A DNA stretch of 64,000 bases from IMG/VR virus record IMGVR_UViG_3300017761_002881. One strand, 5' to 3'. Positions 58,246 through 64,000 of the stretch are shown in pieces. A program made the translations under genes and the position numbers. Origin of the DNA: an uncultured virus (IMG/VR IMGVR_UViG_3300017761_002881). Lineage: Duplodnaviria; Heunggongvirae; Uroviricota; Caudoviricetes. The notes below the pieces were generated by a model. The model worked only from the letters and a program-made list of their open reading frames with translations. It was not told the origin of the DNA and searched no databases. Positions within the stretch are counted from its first letter, which is position 1. Each line of letters begins with the position of its first letter.

Positions 58246-58454
58246 TATTTACGCTTAAAATATAAGTTAGATAAATCTTTACCGGTTAATTGCTCTAAAC
58301 GTTCCAATTTTTCATTGAAGTCAGCTGCAATCTTAGAAACTTCTCGTAGTTCACGTTGAATCGCCGGATCATTTACTATATCACGTTCTAATCCCGGAAA
58401 AAACAGCTTAATGATATATTTCATGACATTTTCGTCAATACGGTTTTTAGACAT
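58245..58454 (-). CDS. Small hypothetical protein
   Basis: AAGGAG RBS; stop overlaps the tape measure ATG; TATTTATT variant motif upstream. Confidence 0.7.
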   Translation of the reverse strand: MSKNRIDENVMKYIIKLFFPGLERDIVNDPAIQRELREVSKIAADFNEKLERLEQLTGKDLSNLYFKRK

Positions 58455-58485
58455 CTGCTATAGCTCCTTTTTTAATAAATATCTG

Positions 58486-58729
58486 TTATCTCGGCTTTGA
58501 TGGAGTTATACCAGGTCGTGCTACGCCTGTAGATTTTCTAGACGCTTTTTTATTGCGTTCATTTTCTGCTTCGACAGCTTTATTGATTTGTTTGATGTAA
58601 AACACACGTAGCCATATGGGCATAGCCATAATATCCGACCATGTGAATCCACCTTTACCGTAATAAACCAGACTGAAAATCTGTTCGTGTAGTATGCGCC
58701 TATACTCGGGCGCTAGGCCAAAAAAAGTC
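58486..58729 (-). CDS. Probable frameshift extension of the tail assembly chaperone (G-T type)
   Basis: No good start of its own; overlaps the chaperone end at a T7 run; encodes EQIFSLVYYGKGGFTWSDIMAMPIWLRVFYIKQI. Confidence 0.6.
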
Positions 58730-59611
58730 CACGCCGATTGGTAACTGTGCCTCGAATGGCTCCCCCGTGCCGGCATCTGTGAACGTCAAAGTAAGTTCGA
58801 CATCAGGTTGGATTTTTGCTAAAAATTCACGAACATATTGAATATCACGAGCTAAGAAATAATTTTCAACAAACTCTGTAATATATCCGCGCTCGGGATT
58901 ATCATCTACCGCAGTAATAATATGTTGCAAACGTACGGTAACGTTACTTTCAACTCCGCGCAGCTTATTATATTTCTTGGCTTTTGCAGTTGCCTCGTCA
59001 ATACGCTTCTCATCATCATGTGTAAGCAACTTAACTTCTATGCTACGTTTAGATACTGGCAATGTCAATTTGAAACGATTTTGTCCTGGTGTAAATAATG
59101 ACTCATCAATTTCTTTATGTTGCAATTCACTAATATCAATTACTTCACTTTGTTCTTCACCTGATGGAGCTTTAAGCTTAACTTCATAATCTTTGCCGTA
59201 TCCTAACACACGTGCAGCAATCATAATAGCATTTTTATCACCGGCTAACAAATCTCCGTAGTTAATCTTTTGGCCTAAACCATTCCCTACAATTAGAGAT
59301 TGAAATAAACGGTCTAACACAACGCCTTGTTTAATAAGACTAGGGGTAGTAAGAATATCTTCTTCACGTGCAGTCATATACTTCATTTCTACTTTACCAG
59401 ATGAAAGAGCATTACCTGCAGGATATAACAATCCTTTACTAGGAAGTTCTACAATTTCCGTAGGAAAATCGTATTTTTCTTTTTCGGTTGCAGGAGCATG
59501 ACTTTTTTGTTGTTCAAATTGTTGAACTGCCAAAGCTTTTAATTGCTCATCTGAAACTTGATCGACTGAATGTTTGTTTGGTTTTTGATACTCGTCATTA
59601 ACTGTTGCCAT
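58700..59611 (-). CDS. Tail assembly chaperone / baseplate hub assembly protein (T4 gp26-like)
   Basis: Probable start MATVNDE at 59611 with AGGA RBS; ELPSKGLLY, MTAREEDIL, ARVLGYG, ends IGVDFFWP; between tube and tape measure. Confidence 0.75.
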   Translation of the reverse strand: MATVNDEYQKPNKHSVDQVSDEQLKALAVQQFEQQKSHAPATEKEKYDFPTEIVELPSKGLLYPAGNALSSGKVEMKYMTAREEDILTTPSLIKQGVVLDRLFQSLIVGNGLGQKINYGDLLAGDKNAIMIAARVLGYGKDYEVKLKAPSGEEQSEVIDISELQHKEIDESLFTPGQNRFKLTLPVSKRSIEVKLLTHDDEKRIDEATAKAKKYNKLRGVESNVTVRLQHIITAVDDNPERGYITEFVENYFLARDIQYVREFLAKIQPDVELTLTFTDAGTGEPFEAQLPIGVDFFWPSARV

Positions 59612-59640
59612 AAGAATCCTTTTATATAACTTTAATTTAT

Positions 59641-59648
59641 TATAAATA
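59641..59648 (-). promoter_or_regulatory. TATTTATA putative late-promoter motif
   Basis: Directly after the tube terminator and before the chaperone gene. Confidence 0.62.
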
Positions 59649-59660
59649 TGAACGCATAGT

Positions 59661-59688
59661 AAAAATCCCGCCATAAGACGGGATCTTT
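59661..59688 (-). terminator. Rho-independent terminator after the tail tube gene
   Basis: Minus strand AAAGATCCCGTC-TTAT-GGCGGGATTTTT: hairpin plus U tract. Confidence 0.8.
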
Positions 59689-59707
59689 ACATAAATTTTT
59701 AATACAA

Positions 59708-60196
59708 TTAGAATTGCAATATTGCGTAATCGTATTTCAATGTCAATTCGATAGTTACTGGATCTTCTGTGCTCCAATCCATATCGCCGAAGGTTGCTGA
59801 ACTTACAAAAGCGCCTTTCAAAGTCCATTCTTCAACTTTATCACCCACAGGGCCGAGCGAGTTGAAAGTAATGTCACGCTTATAGAAGTCACTATAACCA
59901 TCACGGCCTGTTACAGATTCGTGGTGTAAACGAACCCATTCCATTACCATTTGTGCTCCTGACGGAACAACTGGATCATACAGAGTTACGGTAACGTCTT
60001 GCCAACGGCTCTTGCCCTTAAGCTTACGTTCGATGTTGATGTGATCAAGTATCACTTCACCTTGATCAATGCTTGGACGAGATGCTGCCTTGATCAAGTA
60101 TGATGGAATACCCTCAATATACATGATGAACCGCATTGACAGTTTCGGTTCAAACGCTGTATAAAAGATTTCATTGGGTGATAATAATTCTGCCAT
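59708..60196 (-). CDS. Tail tube protein (T4 gp19-like)
   Basis: FEPK...RF, WQDVTVTLYD, YKRDI, EEWTLKGAF, IELTLKYDYA; follows the sheath genes. Confidence 0.88.
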   Translation of the reverse strand: MAELLSPNEIFYTAFEPKLSMRFIMYIEGIPSYLIKAASRPSIDQGEVILDHINIERKLKGKSRWQDVTVTLYDPVVPSGAQMVMEWVRLHHESVTGRDGYSDFYKRDITFNSLGPVGDKVEEWTLKGAFVSSATFGDMDWSTEDPVTIELTLKYDYAILQF

Positions 60197-60216
60197 TTTT
60201 TATTTCTCCTATTTAA

Positions 60217-60224
60217 TATAAATA
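60217..60224 (-). promoter_or_regulatory. TATTTATA putative late-promoter motif
   Basis: Upstream of the tube gene and its AGGAG RBS. Confidence 0.62.
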
Positions 60225-60235
60225 TTCATCATCTA

Positions 60236-62068
60236 CTATTCTGGGAAAGCAGCACCAGTTGGTAGAACATTGAAATCAATGATTATAAATTCAGCCGTTT
60301 TGGTAGGCTGTAAATAAATTGCACCACGTAATTCATTACGGTCGATCACTTCAGGTGTATTTAATTTTTCATCCATTACAACCTTGAACGCATACAAACC
60401 TTGACGTTGTTGAACGTTATCAAAGTACGGATTAACAATGCTAAGGAAACGATTGCGCGTCGCAGCAGTATTGTTTTCAAAGATCAAATACTTACTAGTT
60501 GATGCAACAAACTTCTTAGCAGCAATCAATAAACGACGTACATTTACACGGTCAAGCGCTGATGCCTTTTTCTGCAATGTTTTCTGTCCATATACAGCAA
60601 CACCTAAATTAGGGAAACTAGCAATTGGATTAATATTTGCATCATATAAAGTATCACGATTGCTTTGGTCTAATTTGCGTTCTGTACGAAGTGCTACATC
60701 AATACCACCACGATTTAAACCTGCAGGTGCAAACCATGGAGCAGCTACTCGATCATTAAATGCATATACGCTTGGTACAACAGTACTTGCAGGAACAAAA
60801 ACTGCACGACCTAAATCTGAATCATTAATCAATACCCATGGCCAATATTCAGCTACATAATTACTGTTACGCAAATCCGCAATACTTACTACGTTTGATA
60901 AAGATGAGCCATATTTTACAGGATCTATTACTAAGAATGCATCACCACGACTTTCAATCATTTGTTGCGCCGAAGTTAAAATGCTGCCAGCAAATGTATT
61001 TTCGTCTACTAAGCCTGGTAACGTTAACAAGTTGAAATCATAATCATCTTGATTAGATAACAAATTAATGGCATCTAAATATGCATTACGGAAAATACTT
61101 TGAGACATATCAAAACCTTGCTGACGGTTGTCATTGTCGGCATCACCTGTTCCAAGCACTCCGTTAGCATCTACTGCATTACGTGTAAATATATTTTCAA
61201 AAAATGACTTTGAAACTTCTGTACCATTACTACCACCTGAGAATGTTCCCGATACTTCTTGTGGTAAACTACCTGACAAGCTATTAATACGTATTTTACC
61301 GTTCTGATCAAAGAAAGTAGTAGTATTAGAAATGTTACTTACACGTACATATCTAGATACATTTGGATATGATCCAGAAATTTGGAAGTATGGATCTGAT
61401 GTACCTGATCCTAACAATGTATAAGATACATCACCTACTCGTTTTGCAATGTAGTTTGGTGATGTTGGATCTAACGTTAAATTATTGTATTGTTCTAAAA
61501 TAATTTTACGATTCATGATATCATCACCACGACGTATCAGCAATGTAAATGTACCTTTGGTAGTGCTTACATTTGACACTTCCCAGCGCAAATTAGTTTC
61601 AGATCCGGATATTAATCTACCACCAGTTGTTTGATCTGCCGAACTACCAGATCCAGCTGTTGATGCAGCTACTCGACCCGAATTTTCTTGGGCGCCGGCT
61701 GATAAAACATCTAAACGAAATGATATTGTACCAGTACCAGAACGATCTACTACATTACTATTAGCATATGCTATATCACTAGGTGCAGCGCGAACTACCG
61801 TTAATGTATCAGCATATTTAAGATATTCTTGTGCAGAATAGTTAGTTAAGTATTTGTAAGTGGCTTCATTTATACCTGTACCTACAGTAAACACTCCACC
61901 AAATTTAGCTACAAAATCAGAATAACTAGTTACTGTTGTCGGAATATTTGCAGGCCCACGGTGTGTTGGACCGATAACAGCAGCTCCGATGCTGGCAATA
62001 CCAGCTGGTAAAGCGGACTGATCAATCTCATTGGTAAATACACCGGGCGAAACAATTTTTTCTGCCAT
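60236..62068 (-). CDS. Tail sheath protein, copy 2
   Basis: SPGVFTNEID, WFAPAGLNRG, INPIASFP, GQKT, RVNVRRLL, PTKTAEFI. Confidence 0.93.
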   Translation of the reverse strand: MAEKIVSPGVFTNEIDQSALPAGIASIGAAVIGPTHRGPANIPTTVTSYSDFVAKFGGVFTVGTGINEATYKYLTNYSAQEYLKYADTLTVVRAAPSDIAYANSNVVDRSGTGTISFRLDVLSAGAQENSGRVAASTAGSGSSADQTTGGRLISGSETNLRWEVSNVSTTKGTFTLLIRRGDDIMNRKIILEQYNNLTLDPTSPNYIAKRVGDVSYTLLGSGTSDPYFQISGSYPNVSRYVRVSNISNTTTFFDQNGKIRINSLSGSLPQEVSGTFSGGSNGTEVSKSFFENIFTRNAVDANGVLGTGDADNDNRQQGFDMSQSIFRNAYLDAINLLSNQDDYDFNLLTLPGLVDENTFAGSILTSAQQMIESRGDAFLVIDPVKYGSSLSNVVSIADLRNSNYVAEYWPWVLINDSDLGRAVFVPASTVVPSVYAFNDRVAAPWFAPAGLNRGGIDVALRTERKLDQSNRDTLYDANINPIASFPNLGVAVYGQKTLQKKASALDRVNVRRLLIAAKKFVASTSKYLIFENNTAATRNRFLSIVNPYFDNVQQRQGLYAFKVVMDEKLNTPEVIDRNELRGAIYLQPTKTAEFIIIDFNVLPTGAAFPE

Positions 62069-62102
62069 TAGTTTTCTCCTTGTTTATTTTTATCCGTTAT
62101 GA

Positions 62103-63917
62103 CTATTCTGGGAAAGCAGCACCAGTCGGAAGGATGTTAAAGTCAATAATAATAAATTCTGCAGCTTTTGCCGGTTGTAAATAAATAGCTCCACGTAATT
62201 CATTACGGTCAATTACTTCTGGAGTATTTAATTTTTCGTCCATTACAACTTTAAATGCATACAAGCCTTGGCGTTGTTGAACATTATCGAAGTATGGATT
62301 AACAATACTTAAGAATCTATTTCTAGTAGCTGCCGTATTTTGTTCAAATAACAAATATTTGCTAGTTGAAGCAACAAACTTCTTAGCAGCAATTAATAGG
62401 CGACGCACATTTACACGATCCAATGCCGATGATTTCTTTTGCATCGTCTTTTGACCATAAACTACTACTCCCTGATTAGGGAAACTAGCAATTGGGTTGA
62501 CATTTGCATCATACAATGTATCGCGGTTGCTTTGATTAAGCTTACGTTCAGTACGTACAGCAATTTCAATTCCGCCTCTGTTAAGACCAGCTGGCGCAAA
62601 CCATGGTGCAGCTACTCGGTCATTAAATGCATATACACTTGGTACAACAACGCTAGCAGGAACAAAAACATTTTTACCTAAGTCACGATCTGGAATTAAT
62701 ACCCATGGCCAATACATTGCGACGTAATTACTATTACGTGTATCAGCCTCAGATACTACTGTCGATATTGTGCCGCCGTACGCATGCGGATCTACAACTA
62801 AGAATGCATCACCTCGTGTTTCAATCATTTGTTGAGCCGCATCTATTACGGCGCTAGCTCCGGAGTTATTATCTACTAAACCTGGCAATGTTAACAAGTT
62901 GAAATCGTAATCATCTTGATTTTTCAATAAATTGATAGCATCTAAATATGGAATACGAAATGTCGAATTTGACATATCAAAGCCTTGTTGTTGACTATCG
63001 CCGGCGTATATAGTTTCATAGAAACGTTTTGGATGTGTTACAGATCCATCACTACCAAATGCAAATGTTCCAGATACGGCTGCAGGTAAACTACCAGTAA
63101 AGTCGGAACTACGACGTGCGCCGTTTTGATCAAACCAATTGACTGTATTTTTATATACCGTTACACGTACATACTTCGATTTATTAGCATATGATCCAGA
63201 AATTTGGAAATATGGCTGAGATGTGCCCGAATCTCTTAAAGTATATGATATATCTCCGATACGTTTTGCAATATAATTAGGAGAATTTGGATCTAACGTT
63301 AAATTATTGTATTGTTCTAAAATAATTTTACGATTTATGATATCATCACCACGACGTATCAGCAATGTAAATGTACCTTTGGTATTACTCACATCCGAAA
63401 CTTCCCAACGAAGATTTTGTTCTGATCCTGAAAGTAATAATCCGCCGACTCCTTGATCAGTCACTGAAGCGGAAACGAATCCACTACCGCTAATAGCAGC
63501 ACGTTCACGACCCGAATTTTCCTGAACTCCTGCTGATAATGCAGTCAATCGGAATGATGGTGCATGCGCCGTGCCATCACTGCCGCTGTTAACACTAACT
63601 ACATTGCTAAATGCATATGCATATGTTCCTGCCATTACACGTACTACTGTCAATGTATCAGCATATTTAAGATATTCTTGTGCAGAATAGTTAGTTAAAT
63701 ATTTGAAAGTATTTTCATAACGTTCTGAGCCGGAAATAAATACTCCACCAAACGTTTGTAAAAACTCAGAATAACTAGTTACTGTTGTCGGAATATTTGC
63801 AGGGCCTCGCTGTGTCGGGCCAATGACTGCTGCACCAATACTGGCAATTGCTGCTGGCAATGCCGATTGATCAATCTCATTGGTAAACACGCCAGGCGAA
63901 ACAATTTTTTCTGCCAT
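62103..63917 (-). CDS. Tail sheath protein, copy 1
   Basis: Same sheath motifs; AGGAG RBS. Confidence 0.93.
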   Translation of the reverse strand: MAEKIVSPGVFTNEIDQSALPAAIASIGAAVIGPTQRGPANIPTTVTSYSEFLQTFGGVFISGSERYENTFKYLTNYSAQEYLKYADTLTVVRVMAGTYAYAFSNVVSVNSGSDGTAHAPSFRLTALSAGVQENSGRERAAISGSGFVSASVTDQGVGGLLLSGSEQNLRWEVSDVSNTKGTFTLLIRRGDDIINRKIILEQYNNLTLDPNSPNYIAKRIGDISYTLRDSGTSQPYFQISGSYANKSKYVRVTVYKNTVNWFDQNGARRSSDFTGSLPAAVSGTFAFGSDGSVTHPKRFYETIYAGDSQQQGFDMSNSTFRIPYLDAINLLKNQDDYDFNLLTLPGLVDNNSGASAVIDAAQQMIETRGDAFLVVDPHAYGGTISTVVSEADTRNSNYVAMYWPWVLIPDRDLGKNVFVPASVVVPSVYAFNDRVAAPWFAPAGLNRGGIEIAVRTERKLNQSNRDTLYDANVNPIASFPNQGVVVYGQKTMQKKSSALDRVNVRRLLIAAKKFVASTSKYLLFEQNTAATRNRFLSIVNPYFDNVQQRQGLYAFKVVMDEKLNTPEVIDRNELRGAIYLQPAKAAEFIIIDFNILPTGAAFPE

Positions 63918-63952
63918 TAGTTTGCTCCTAATTTAAATTAATAATCATTTCA

Positions 63953-64000
63953 TATAAATATCAGAGCAATTAGTCAAACATTATGAATTAGGTATAAATA
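63953..64000 (-). promoter_or_regulatory. Two TATTTATA putative late-promoter motifs upstream of the sheath genes
   Basis: + strand TATAAATA at 63953-63960 and 63993-64000. Confidence 0.6.

Noticed and set aside
963..62681. All plus-strand ORFs in the track (e.g. 36647..37303, 60438..60860, 23742..24128)
   Set aside because: They lie antisense to well-supported minus-strand genes, have no recognisable motifs and show shadow-ORF composition.
49389..63917. Bacterial extracellular contractile injection system (suggested by two sheath genes)
   Set aside because: It is contiguous with a full T4-like replisome and has a long tape measure, consistent with a phage.
1..64000. Stop-codon reassignment as seen in some Bacteroidota phages
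   Set aside because: Conserved genes are full length in the standard code, and TAA, TAG and TGA all occur as real stops.

Overview
The 64-kb window is a fragment of a large, AT-rich contractile-tailed (myovirus-type) dsDNA phage genome. Every credible gene is on the minus strand, densely packed, in the standard genetic code. Read in transcription direction (right to left) it has six blocks. (1) Tail module: two tandem tail-sheath paralogues, tail tube, a tail-assembly chaperone with a likely programmed frameshift, tape measure, and baseplate genes. (2) A family-A polymerase-like gene, ferritin and putative head-associated proteins. (3) T4-like replication/recombination genes (SSB, UvsX/RecA, 5'-3' exonuclease, helicase) and a class II ribonucleotide reductase. 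(4) A 7-deazaguanine DNA-modification locus interleaved with the replisome: queD, queE, groES, folE, an HPRT-type phosphoribosyltransferase, PolB, a small unknown gene, a GT-B glycosyltransferase, a TGT-fold dpdA-like gene, sliding clamp, dUTPase, clamp loader and groEL. No queC or queF is visible in the window. (5) A ~17.6-kb island of about 20 glycosyltransferase, sugar-nucleotide, amino-, acetyl- and methyltransferase genes. (6) Small late genes including Fe/Mn superoxide dismutase. GroEL, SOD and a DUF5522-like protein look Bacteroidota-like, which suggests the host phylum (inference). Two recurrent promoter-like motifs can be read directly from the intergenic DNA. The best candidate for an undescribed system is the dpdA-coupled glycosyltransferase plus HPRT within a QueC-less 7-deazaguanine pathway, i.e. 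a possible glycosylated 7-deazaguanine DNA hypermodification. All family assignments come from motif recognition by eye; no database search was run.
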